A stretch of 64,000 bases of DNA from Octopus sinensis (lineage: Eukaryota). Both the position numbers and the translations under genes were made by a program. The notes under the pieces are model-generated. The model ran no database searches and was not told the DNA's origin. It was given only the letters and a program-made list of their open reading frames with translations. Shown one piece after another: positions 25,997 through 38,673 of the stretch; position 1 is the first letter of the stretch, and every line of letters starts with the position of its first letter. The stretch spans positions 22,878,001-22,942,000 of the forward strand of contig NC_043006.1 in assembly GCF_006345805.1 (NCBI RefSeq), in the 5' to 3' direction.

Positions 25997-27425
25997 ATAT
26001 CTACCGGTTTCGCTATCGCTATTCATGATGTTATGTTTTACTTATTTGAATATATATTTTTTCTTAAGAAGAAATTTGATCCATATCGTGTGTGATGAAA
26101 TTCACGAGTGAATGACTTCACAAGTAGATAAATAAAGGGAGGTAATTGGTTGTCGTTATTATTGTTATTGTTGTGGGTAAGGGAGATAACTGTCCAGCTT
26201 TCGGTAATGGGTGGGGATTATATATGTGTACAGACAGAGAAAAGTTTCAAAAACCTTGTTTAGTAGGGGATTTATGTACAGTGATGTAATCGTGAATTGA
26301 AATATGTAAAAAGATAAAAGTTGGTTATGCGTGCATATTAAGACGTGTTTTGTATTTTTCAATGAAAAAAGTTTCTTTATTTAAACGTTCTAGTTGAGAG
26401 ATTGCATCTTTGCACTGGTAGAAAGGGAAGACTGTGAAATTTCGTTTGATGTTACCTGCACATTTTTCTATATGTTCACTGAGAGGAATTTGTCTGTATT
26501 GCGGGAAACGGATTTGCTCCTTATGTAGAGTGGTTCTCTTTCTCAAGGTCATACTCGTTTGTCCAATATAGTGGTGTCCGCAACCCGAGCAGGTTATTAC
26601 ATAACTTAGGTTCTCAGAGGCACAGGTGAAACTAGTTTTGATTGTAAACCTCTGTCCTTGTTTGAAAAGGAAATCCGAGCCTTCAAGCAGGTTGGAGCAG
26701 GTTCCACAGTTTGGGCGTCCACATTTTTCAACCGTTGGTTTCGTGGATGTTTTGTAAAGCTTCGCATTTGTTAGTAGTCTCTTTATCGATTTGTCTTGTT
26801 TTTTGCATTTGATGAGTTTGTGTGTTTTCAGGATGTCGTTAATTTTTGGATCTTTAGTTAGTAAAGGAAGAGTTTGTACAATAGTGTTGAATGCCTCACT
26901 GTTTCTGGGGTTGTGTGTTGATATGAATAGTTATGTTTTGGTTTGAGATGTGGTGCTATATTTTTTTTGTTCTTAGTGTTTTTGTGTCTAATTGTTTGGC
27001 ATGTTTAATTCCCTCGTCGATAAGAAAGGGTGGATATTGTCTTTCAATAAGTGTTGTTTTGAGGTCTTGAAGATGAAGGTCCCGAGTTGTTCTATCAGAC
27101 ACTATTGTGCAGATCCTTTTTGCTAAGTTGAATGGGATGTTTATTTTTATGTGTTTCGGGTGGCATGAGTTAAAAAGAAGATATTGTTTTGAATCAGTTG
27201 GTTTATAATAAATGTCAGTTATGATTTCATTGTTAACTTTTTTTATCATGATGTCTAAAAATGGAAGTTGCTCTTTGTTATATTCCATTGTGAATTGAAT
27301 GTTACTATTTATGTCATTTAGTGTTGTTTTGAAATCCAAAAGTTTGTCGATGTTCTCCTTCCAGATGATAAAGCAGTCATCCAGGTATCGCTTTCAATTT
27401 TCTCTTATGTAGAGGTAAAATGGGA
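25997..27425 (-). mobile_element. Penelope-like element remnant: RT C-terminal half plus GIY-YIG endonuclease plus 3' tail
   Basis: YLDDCFIIW region near 27390; LPFLDI..DIYYKPTDSKQYLLFNSCHPKHIK; ENLSYVITCSGCGHHYIGQTSMTLRKR; ..RLNKETFFIEKYKTRLN; frameshifted. Confidence 0.9.
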
Positions 27426-27591
27426 AACCATATTTCTGAAGTGATATATTTTTCTTGTTTCGGTGATTAGACTGCGGCCATGAAGTCTCGAAAAATTTTT
27501 AGTCGAATGAATCGATCCTAGTACTTATTCATTTGTAAGTCTGGTACTTAATCAATCGGTCTCGTTTGCCAACCGCTATGTTATATTATAT

Positions 27592-27657
<66 letters not shown>

Positions 27658-27661
<4 letters not shown>

Positions 27662-27914
27662 CCTTTTCAAGCCTAGCCAGCTCATGGATCCGGTTCCCCC
27701 AGCTGGATGGGACGCCAGTCCATCGCAGCGTTACTTAAGAAACAGGAAGAGTGAGAGAAAGGTGGGGCTAAAGATACAACAGGAGTTGCCACCACCCCCT
27801 GCCGGGGCCTTGTGGAGCTTTTAGGTGTTTTCGCTCAATAAACACACACAACGCCCGGTCTGGGAATCGAAACCACGATCCTCCGACCGCGAGTCCACTG
27901 GGCCATTGCGCCTC
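27658..27914 (-). mobile_element. B-headed SINE with a V-domain-like tail
   Basis: B head and body, then GCTGCGATGGACTGGCGTCCCATCCAG, resembling the V-SINE domain as recalled. Confidence 0.7.
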
Positions 27915-27969
27915 TAATATATATATATATATATATAATATTATATATATATTATATATATATATATAT

Positions 27970-28012
<43 letters not shown>

Positions 28013-28699
28013 TATATATATATGATAGTGATGACGATGATGATAATGAATATTGATGAGGATTATGATGATGATGGTGATGATGGTGGTGGTGATGGTG
28101 GTGGCGGCGGTGATGGTGATGACCTCATCTTGTCAGATGATGACCATCTCACATTCAGCTTGATCTGATTTACTTCCATCCTAGCATGTGCGCAGATATC
28201 CATCGCCACAAGACTTTATAAAATACAAAACGGATTAAGAAGTGAAATGATTGTGAGACGTCCGTACGTCATTGGATTTAAGTGACAAAAGCTTACGCAG
28301 CACTTATGCCACACTCTCAGTTGCCATAGTAAGTTCCAATGACGAGCATTGCAAGAACTGTACTATTTTGACCGCATATCTTATCAGGCTATCTTTCTCT
28401 TAGAACAGCTACCTTCCTCGCGGCTTTGCCAAGAGCAATAAAAATCTTCTCTTAACGGTAGTAAAGGGTGACACCACACACTCCACAACTCCAGAACTTC
28501 CGAACTAATAAGGAAACACGAGAAATCTTTTATACAAAAGATTAAGCTTGAACATAGTTATCTTTTTATCATCCATACATATGTACATACATTCATACAC
28601 ACTCAGGTATATATATATACACACACACAAATATATATGAAAAGAGATCATTACGTATATATTAATATATATATTCATATATATATCGGTCTATCTGCT

Positions 28700-28760
<61 letters not shown>

Positions 28761-28763
<3 letters not shown>

Positions 28764-29333
28764 TCCTCCCTCCTAGCGTGAGGCATTTATGTATAGCAAT
28801 GCCCTTAATATATATGTATATATACACAATACATACATACATACATACACACACACACACTTACACACATACACACATACATACATACACACATACACAC
28901 ACACATACATACATACATAAACACACACATACATACACGCACACACACATACACATACACATATACACACACATACTTACATACACTCATACGGACATAC
29001 ATACACACAGACATACACAGAGACATACACACCTACACACTCACACATACATACATACATACACACACACATACCCACACACACACACTCGCATGCACAC
29101 GCGCACACTTGCTTGCGCGCGCACACGCACACATACATACATGCATGCACGCATGCCTTTGGGGTCTGGCTTTTATTTCGGGCGTGCGTCTGGGCGTGTG
29201 GGTTGTGTGCTTGTAGTTTCGCATGCGCCCGCACCGCGATAGTCTTTTCCATCTATCTTTCAGTTGCGAAGTGTGTCCTTGCATGCATATATATACACAC
29301 ATACAAACATATATATGTATGTGTATATATGTG

Positions 29334-29373
<40 letters not shown>

Positions 29374-31144
29374 CACAACATATACCTCCACGCGCACGCA
29401 CACATACACATACGTACACACATATAAGCACAGACACACACATACATATGCACACTCGCACGCAATCATACATACGTATATATACACACACACGCACGTA
29501 CAAGCACACACGCACACATACACTAAGTTAAGCAGTTACTCGCCATACACACAAAAAAACGCACACGTACACACACACATACTACAACAAAACACACACA
29601 CGATACTTATACACGCACACACACATACCTCCCTGTTCCTGACCTGCCTTTCTGACTTGCTAGGGTACCCCCACCCACTCCTTAATTCCCTACTGCCTGC
29701 TACCAGCCCTCGTCCACCATTCCTCTACTGCTTGCTACCACTAGCCATCGTCCACCATACACACACATCACACCACACTTGTCATCTCGCACACCCTTTT
29801 TTACCATTCCTTCTCTAATTCAGCTCTTTTGTTTTTAAAAAACACTTTTCCTTCCTTTTGACCACTTCCGTCCTTTTAGTGTGTGACCTCGTGTAGACTA
29901 CCTGTTATTTTTTTTTCCTCTGTCCTCTCGTCTTGGCATGTTTCTTTCTCCTATGTTTCCGACGAAGAGCTCCGCTCGAAACGTCAAACCCTCCTTCTTC
30001 CCTTCTTTCCTGAGCGTCCAATAATACTTTATTTGTTCCACATCCTTGCGTTGTTGTTTTTTAGTTTTTTTGTTTTCTTGTTTGGATTAACTTTATATAT
30101 ATAATATATATATTATATATATATAAGTTTAATCCAAACGGGAAACAAAAAAAACACATACAACAATGGAACATTACAGTATTATTATTAATAGGCGCTC
30201 AGGAAAGGAAGCAGGAGGTATGACGTTTCGAGCGGAGCTCTTCGTCGAAACATAAAGAAGGAGAGAGAGGAAAGAAAGATCCCAGAGCGGGCACAGGGAA
30301 AGAGAAAAAAACGACTGGTGTTTACGAGTTGCACAGTGAAAGGCGGATGTTTACGATAACAAGAGCAAAGTGGGTTTTTAAGGCAAAAGAGTGGAGACAA
30401 GGTTGTAACGCAACAGATGTGTGTGATGTGTGAGTGTGTGCGTGTGCGTGTGTGTATGTGTGTGTGTGAGGCGAGATGAAAAACACAAAAAATATATGTG
30501 TGTGTTAGTGTGTTGCGTCTGTTGTAGGCGTGGAGGTAGGGCGAGACTAGTGTCAGCTAGCAGACAAGGTCAGTAGTAAGAAAAAGAAGAAGGAGGAAGG
30601 GAGGAGGGGAAGGGGTGGGGGCGTATGTAGCGTGCCAGCGTGTGTTGATAGTAGTGTGTGTGTGTGTCCAGTGTCGTGGTGGTATTAATGGCGAGTAGAT
30701 TGAATGTGTGTAAGAGTAATGTATATATTTAAGCAATGTTGTATATGTGTGCGCGTGTGTGTAACGAAAAAGGTGGGGGTTAAGGAAAAAGGACTCCAGC
30801 TGAGGGGAAGATGGAAGAGTGGTCCCGCGGAGACGGGAGTGGGAAAACCCAACGACACGCGACGGTCCCAGGAACGGGCGGGAGGTCTCGTCGGGTCCAA
30901 GAGCGAGGGCATGCGGCGCGTATGCGTGCGCGAACCGGCGCAAGCGCGTGTGTGCGCGCGCCTGCGAGTATGCGCGTAAGTATGTATGTGTGTGGATGTG
31001 TGAGTGTGTCTGTGTGTATGTCTGGGTGGCAGTGTGTCCGATGAATGTATGTGAGTATGTGTGTGATGACGATGATGCTGATGATGATGATGATGATGGA
31101 ACATATGGTTGCTGGTGATGATGCATTTATGTATAGTAATGCCC

Positions 31145-31184
<40 letters not shown>

Positions 31185-31221
31185 TATATATATATATTAA
31201 GGGCATTACTATACATAAATG

Positions 31222-31280
<59 letters not shown>

Positions 31281-31440
31281 TATATATAAAGTTAACAAAC
31301 AAGAAAACAAAAAAACAAAAAAAACAACAATGCAAGGATGTGGAACAAATAAAGTATTATTGGACGCTCAGGAAAGAAGGGAAGAAGGAGGGTTTGACGT
31401 TTCGAGCGGAGCTCTTCGTCGGAAACATAGGATATATATA

Positions 31441-31495
<55 letters not shown>

Positions 31496-31540
31496 GGGCA
31501 TTACTATACATAAATGCCTCACGCTAGGAGAGGAGGAACT
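28761..31540. repeat. Domain bounded by ~50-bp inverted repeats, containing microsatellites and inverted Penelope-like termini
   Basis: AGTTCCTCCCTCCTAGCGTGAGGCATTTATGTATAGCAATGCCCTTAATA at 28761 and its reverse complement at 31490-31540. Confidence 0.8.
29955..29989 (+). ncRNA. Minimal type-I hammerhead-like motif, U4C variant (further copies 30218-30251 and 31392-31426, minus)
   Basis: GTTT-CCGACGA-A-GAGC-TCC-GCTC-GAAAC-GTC^AAAC: 4-bp stem I, 4-bp stem II, ACGT palindromic stem III. Confidence 0.55.
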
Positions 31541-31678
31541 TTTAAAGTCAAAACTATCATAGCGTGAGGCATTTATGCATAGTAATGCCCTTAATGTTAA
31601 TAAATATTCCCTTGTGAGGTTTTTCACGCTAACTACTTGATAATTTCTTATAAAGATTTTATCCAATATATATTATAG

Positions 31679-31756
<78 letters not shown>

Positions 31757-31899
31757 CAAAAATAATAAATAAAACATATGCATATATACATACTATATGT
31801 ACGTACCTACATCTATATGTATATATACATGCATATATGGATACAGGACACCAAAAAATCGTCGAACACAATGAGAAACGAAAACATAAAAACAGAACC

Positions 31900-32222
31900 A
31901 TGGAAACGGACATTTTTTAAACAACGAAAAGACAGGGTTCAAGACATACAACACAAGGAAAAATCCCCTTCTTCAGCCGCCTCCGTTTCGTCTACTCCGT
32001 GTTTCGAAGGTGAAGGCGAGACACGACTTCAGTGAAACGGTCCTTCCCGTAAAGCAAATTAAATAAAATTTGAGATTTTTTGCGGAGGGGTAAAAGTGGT
32101 AACAAAAACAAGACTTACCTTCGAAACACGCATTGAGTCGAAACAGGGGCAGCTGAAGAAGGGGAATGTTCCTTGTGTTGTTTGTCTTTTACTCTGTTTT
32201 TTCGTTGTTAAAAAATTTCATA
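31900..32222. repeat. Diverged inverted-repeat pair (~110-bp arms, ~106-bp spacer)
   Basis: CCTTCGAAACACG..CTGAAGAAGGGGA..TCCTTGTGTTG at 32117 (+) and ending at 32010 (-). Confidence 0.7.
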
Positions 32223-32329
32223 CTCAGTAACAAAACAGGCAAAGAAATATATAAGTGAATTCCAAATACAACAAATCCCAGAATTAGACAACAGGAAACA
32301 AGCTCAGAAAAAGCTAAGCGTATAGAAAC

Positions 32330-32596
32330 CTTTTTTTTAAACTGCTGCCTTAAAAACTCTCATTGTCAATTCCAGTCGTAAAAGTCCACGGCCACCCTCT
32401 TTTCAGGGCAAGTATAGTCGTTCTATATCTGCTTTAGGATGTTGCACTTTATTCATACTTTTATTCTTTTATTCTTTTATTCATTGTCAACGATTTTCGT
32501 ATTTTTCAGTCAAGATTACAGATTTCAGTAATTGACCAGTTAATGATATTGAAACTGTAAGTTACGACCGGTATAGCTAAAGTATATTTGATCAAC

Positions 32597-32694
<98 letters not shown>

Positions 32695-34311
32695 TATTAT
32701 TATTATTATCATCATCATCATCATTCAGTATTATCTTTATCACGTGCTTTTACTGCACTACCGAGCGCAGCTCTGTGTGCCTTGGCTATGTGTTGTGGCT
32801 TGTTATGATGCTCTTATTGTTACTGTGTTGAAAGTTTCTTACGTAGAATGTGTGCGGTGCCTAGTAGTGCTATTTTCTGTATGTTATATATACTTGCCTG
32901 TCCCGGTGTTTTTGTTATACATTTGTATGAATTTTTTTTATCATACCTAATGCGCCTACTATGAAAGGAATTGTTTCTGTTTTTAGACTCCACATTCGAG
33001 TTACTTCTATTTCCAGATCTTTGTATTTTGAAAGTTTTTCTGTTTCTTTTAGAGAAACATTGTCATCGACTTTGTATTAGTTTTCCTTGCTTCTGAAGTA
33101 GGTATTTTGTAATAGTTTTCTAGCTGTATAAGGCCTCTACCACCTTCGATACATTGTATATATAACTTTTATATGTCAGATTTTGGGTGGTGCATCCTAA
33201 ATCCTGTCATTATTTTTTTCATGTTTTCCTGTCTATTTTGATTAGTTCATTTAGAGAATATTATAGCTGTAACTTATAACTGGGACGGTTAGAATGTTGA
33301 TATATATATTATCTTGTTTTTTGCATTGAGCTCTGTTTACAGTATTAATATAACTAGTCTATAGTATTATTTTCTCTTCTCTTTCATTTGTGTGTGTTGT
33401 ATCGTATCTAATTCACTGATTCCTAAGTATTTGTCTATAAAGCTTCGGTCTAATTCTCTTATTTCATTTGCTTTATCAAGTGTGATGTTGCTACTCTTAA
33501 CTAGTTTTCCTATTTTCAAGGTTGCTTTGGCCCATGTTTCTAAGCGAAATTTCACCTTTATTTCTTTGGTAAATCCATGTACTGTTTGTATGTAGTAATG
33601 TTTCCAGGTGTTTACCATTTGTCGCATACAGTTTTAGAACATTCGTATATAAGAGGTGGCTGATTGTTTTACCGTAACAGTTGTATCCACATCCAGTTCT
33701 GCTTAGCATGTCAGGTAAAGGTGTCAGTGCCAAGCAGAAAAGGAGTGGAGAGAGCGTGTCTATCTGGAATATTCCTCTTCTAATGGGGATGGCTTTGGTT
33801 TTTATGAGTCCCTCTTTTGTCTGGAGCTGTAGCACAGTCTGCCACTTATTCATGGAATGTTTTATATATTTTATGATTATTGATGCTACTTTGTTCATGG
33901 CTAGTGTTTCTGGGATTCATGTGTGGGGAATTCTATCAAAAGCCTTTCGATAATCGATTCAGGTCATACTTAGGCCCTTTTTCTTTCTGCGACTGTCTTC
34001 AGCTACGGCTTTATTGATCAGTAGCTGATTTTAACAGCGGTATGAGACCTTGCGGCATCCCTTTGCTCTTCTGGAAACAGGTTGTTTTATTCCAGATGTT
34101 TGCTCATTCTCTGCGATATTATTGCAGTAAAGGCTTTGTAAATTGTAGGGAGACAAGTTATTGGTCTGTAATTTTGTGAGTTTGTCGTTTCAGTGGATTT
34201 GGGAATTAGGATAGATTTCCCTTTCGTGAACCATTCAAACATTGTCTCTGGCTCTGCTAGCATTTCATTAAATTCTCAGCCAGCTTTTTATGCGTTCCTG
34301 TTAGGCATTTT
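32330..34311 (-). mobile_element. R4/Dong-like LINE remnants (RT, RLE, 3' UTR) interleaved with (TAA)n tracts
   Basis: RRGIFQ.DTLSPLLFCLALTPL..ISHLLY..LKLY; YKDLEIEVTRMWSLKTETIPFIVGALG near 32950-33030; second piece with TLAIPVVTYSF and HPKADIERLYLP..GGRGL at 32330-32597; (TTA)n at 32597-32722 and 34312-34420. Confidence 0.85.
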
Positions 34312-34315
34312 AACC

Positions 34316-34352
<37 letters not shown>

Positions 34353-34859
34353 CATCATCATCATCATCATCATTATTATTATTATTATTATTATATTATT
34401 ATTATTTATTATTATTATTACGTCTATAATTTTTATTGACGTTTCGAAAAAGGAAATAAGAGAAAAGGCGAGGAAAATGGAAGGAGGGAGGTGAATTATA
34501 TGTGTTGAAACATGGGATTGAAAGCGAAAGGATATGGTTTAATGCGTTAAAGAACACATTGAAAGATTTAATGAGCACACATATTCACATGCCAAAACAG
34601 ACAAAAACATTTATGCGCAAGAAACATAACTGTACATATGCATTCAGTTTCACACTCTATGAAAACACTGCTACATGCACGCACAGCAGTTCAGCAAAAG
34701 AGACCGATTGAATAAATACTAGGCTTATAAAGAATAAGTCCTGGAGGCGATTTGCTCGACTAAAGGCGGTGCTCCAGCACGGCCGCAGTCAAATGACTGA
34801 AATAAGTAAAAGAATAAGAGAAAAAGATATATACATACAAACATACATACATACATACA

Positions 34860-34892
<33 letters not shown>

Positions 34893-34954
34893 GCATACAT
34901 ACATACATACATACATACATACATACATAGTAATATCGATTATCAAAGCAGTTT

Positions 34955-35615
34955 ATCATGGACCAATAGCCAGTTTACTACCTCTCACTTTGAAGGGAAT
35001 GCGTTTGCAATCCAGGAACAGGAAATATCGATCAAGTACCTGATGCACAAAAGGGATAGAGATGCAGGAAAAGCCATAAAATCTGACAACCGATGCAAAC
35101 TTTGCAAAATATATCACCCACATCATAAGCATCATAATGTTGCAGCTTGGACACTCTATAATGAAATTCGTCGGAAGGATAATCCCGAGGACAAAGAAAT
35201 AAGAATCCACAATATGGTAGAAGCCATAGCCACTCAAAATAAAAAAAAGGAATACTGGTGGAATGTACTAATGAAGACCTCAATAAAATGTAAGGACAAC
35301 AGACCTGATATAATGATTTGGGATAGAGAAGAGAAACTGTGCACAGTTGTGGAAATTAGTAGCCCAGCGGATGTTAACATAAAGCTGAAGATCAGTGAAA
35401 AAGTACTATTAAGAAATCTGCAGTTATTCTAACCAGATTACAAGTTCAAGTTTATACCTATAATTATTGGGGCCCTGGGATATGTAACACACTGCCTAAA
35501 CACCAGTCTTGAGAAATTAGGCTTCTCAAAACCAGAAAGGAGAAAGCTAATTCAAGGATTACAGATCCAATCCAACACTGGAACTGTAAAAATCTGTAAA
35601 ACTTTCCAGAAGTCT
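34955..35615 (+). mobile_element. R4/NeSL-type LINE 3' fragment with RLE domain
   Basis: AFAIQEQEI..CKLCK..WWNV..NRPDIMIWDREEKLCTVVEISSPADVN..K. Confidence 0.8.
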
Positions 35616-36097
35616 AGATATGCAACTATATGCACGAGAACACACACATAAAACATACAAATCTGCACATACATACATACATACATACATACATACATAC
35701 ATACATACATACATACAAGCAAAAGCACCCTGTTGTTGATGTTGAAATTCTAATGAAGGAGCCTCGGATCCAGGTCAGAAACCGGTTCTTTCTCTATTGG
35801 CAAGAAATATTGAAATAAACTAAATAATGACATACATACACTTGGGTGTATGCATCGACAGTTCGACCAACACACCAACTCAGCCACACATTTACAAACA
35901 CCGGGACGCTCTAAACTCACAAAGTCTTGTCACGTTGTTAGCGACCGGCTTGAACTCTCTCATGAAGAACTTAAATTAAACCCAACGAAAAATCATATAT
36001 ACATACATATATACATGCATGCATACATACATACATATATACATACATACATACATACATACATACATACATACATACATACATACATACATACATT

Positions 36098-36370
36098 ATG
36101 GCCGCCCCCTCGTTATCGAGTATGGCCATTGCACGAAGCTTAGCTGTTACTGGTGCTGTGATCGAATGTGACTTTTTAGCCCAGCTAAAGATCTACAATG
36201 TCTTGTACAAAATTGGCAACTAAAACCTTTACTGGTAATAGCCGGCTGTAGTTGTAACTGGGCTTCATGTACCTTTGCATGTCGTTTAAGTCCTCCTGTC
36301 AAATTACACTCTCTTCCACATGCCCGACAGATATGATTAGTATGGTGTGTTACTAAACATATTGTTACTG
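36098..36370 (-). mobile_element. RTE-type LINE 3' end with two C2H2 fingers, 3' UTR and (TATG)n tail
   Basis: CRACGRECNLTGGLKRHAKVH and CQFCTRHCRSLAGLKSHIRSQH, then stop, a short UTR shared with 56802-56840, and a microsatellite tail. Confidence 0.65.
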
Positions 36371-36726
36371 TGACGCAAACAGCACACACGTACTGTTTAC
36401 TTTGGATGAATAATAAACACATATTCAATGTTTTTGTATAGGCTTCGGGTGTTTTCTCTATACAATGTATATATTTACTATAAACTTGTACACACGCTTT
36501 GATTCTTCAGTTTGACACACGCCTTGAACCGGTTATTTGGCTTGTATGCACCCACATACACACACGTACCCATCCATACGCATACTCGCACATAATCAGG
36601 GCCCCTCTGCGTTTTCGCTCGTCGATGTGCTAGGAATAACACCCAAATCCCCTTAAAACCATATACATGGATGTCTGTATGCATGCATACATAAATTCAC
36701 ATATGCATGCATGAATATATATATAT

Positions 36727-36865
<139 letters not shown>

Positions 36866-37611
36866 TATAGAAGTTCAGTGAAAATTTGTCGGCTCGGAAT
36901 TCGGTAGAGATTACTTGGATTAGAAACACGCGAAATTTCTGAATATCACACGAAGGACAGAGTCAAGTGTAGCTGTAGCAGCAGCGGGCGCACTTTACGC
37001 TACGCAAACCATTAATGTCACTATGCTTTACCCTGATACATAGAGTAACACATGTGCCACTGACTGCACAATGCAAGCAACATGACAATACACGCAGAGC
37101 TCTATGATCCAACTACGTACGCATTGGCGAATAAAGTCAGGAGTGCGAACGATCGACCTTTGTTGAAGCACGCTTGTGGCATCTGCTATGGCGCTGTTGC
37201 TCTGAACGTACTGGGGGTACGTTTGTGAAACGTGATACGTCTATAATCATTATTGATCAATGAGGTGAAAAGTGGAATCCATGTTCACAAGCAACCGCTG
37301 TGCATGAATAAGACCTAGATTATTAGAAATTAAAAGAAGAATGGTTTGCACAGTCTCATATACTTGCCTTACTTGGCCATATGTAAACCCACAATAACCA
37401 AAGCAAATTCTAAAATCATTGGATAGGACAACGATCTTAGAATTGTATTGCAGTTTAGAGATCATATTGGCTTGACCTATCAAGTTCAAAATGATCTTCT
37501 CCTAGATAGGCTACCTCCACCGCATATGTCTGGTCATTGGTACCAATGGTCTTTGAGAGAGTTCGTTCACCATCTCGATGAGAATTGATATCAGCATATG
37601 AGAATCACGTT

Positions 37612-37733
37612 GATCCTGATGTGATTCGATATGTGCAAGGGGGATCAAGTTGATTCTGATGTGATGTGATATGATCAAGAGAGATTAAACCGATCCTGAT
37701 GTGATTTGATATGTGCAAGGGGGATCAAGCTGA
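37612..37733. repeat. 80-bp-period imperfect tandem repeat
   Basis: GATCCTGATGTGATT(C/T)GATATGTGCAAGGGGGATCAAG at 37612 and 37692. Confidence 0.8.
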
Positions 37734-38673
37734 CCCTGTCGCAAGCAAGAGAGAATGGAATTAACTTTGATATGATCCAGAGAGATCAAATTGATATTGA
37801 TGAAATCCAGCATTTTAACATGTCTGTCATTCCATATAGATTAATAAGAAAAATAATTATTTCTGATTTAAGAACCAGACTAGTGATTTTGAGAGAGGTG
37901 GGTGTCAGTCGATAACACCACTTCTCCCCAGTACTTGTCTAGTACTTTATTTTGTCGACTCCAAAAGGATAAAAGATAAAGTTGATATCAGCTGGTTTTA
38001 TAGTTCGGAATGTAAGGCACCGGAAGAAATGCTGCTGAGCATTTTGTTCGACACACTAATAGTTCTGGCAGCTCACTACCTTTGATAATAATGATGATTT
38101 TTAACATAGGCAACAATCTGCTACTTTATTACATTGACTCCGGAAATGTGAAAAGTAAAGTCAACATTGGTGTGATTTGAAGTCAGAAAGTACAAGGGTC
38201 ACAACTATATATCACTAAACATTTTGTCCGGTATTCTACAGATTTTCTATTGGATAGATTTCCTTAATGGCTGCATATTAATCTTAGATGAAAACGGGTT
38301 TTAGGAAATAGCTAAGCCGGTCCAAACTTTCAACAAAAGAGGATCACACGGTTAGTAACATTTAAAGATACTTGTCGTGCTTTAGCGTGAGAATCTTCGC
38401 TTTTTTTTATTTTTAGAAAACAGGATTTCACTAAGAGCACGATATTATTTGTAGTAACCTGATTTTGAAATGCGTACGCCGTACTATTCTGATTTTTAAA
38501 CACATCAGTCATACTATTCTGCTTATTTCCTTCTCATTAAGTCGAGTGTTACCTAAATTAATACGAAAACAATCATTTAATTAGTAATACATTTTTCTTC
38601 TTAGTAGGTAGGTTAAGAGAACTGGCAGCTATAACTGGCTGTGCATTCTTCTTATTCCCCCCCCCCCCCAATC

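Noticed and set aside
28130-28520. Unique-looking island with TGACGT and CCAAT words
   Set aside because: Short motifs expected by chance; no linked exon or TSS evidence.
35745-35800. Hammerhead-like CTAATGA..GAAACCGG (relative at ~24835-24890)
   Set aside because: The core is mutated, and in the related copy GGAGCC pairs with GGCTCC across GAAAC, which is incompatible with the fold.
36147-36428. Host C2H2 zinc-finger gene exon
   Set aside because: No TGEKP linkers; it is followed by a short UTR and microsatellite tail, matching an RTE C-terminus.
37250-37489. 79-aa ORF in non-repetitive DNA
   Set aside because: No motif, splice context or homology recognisable by eye.
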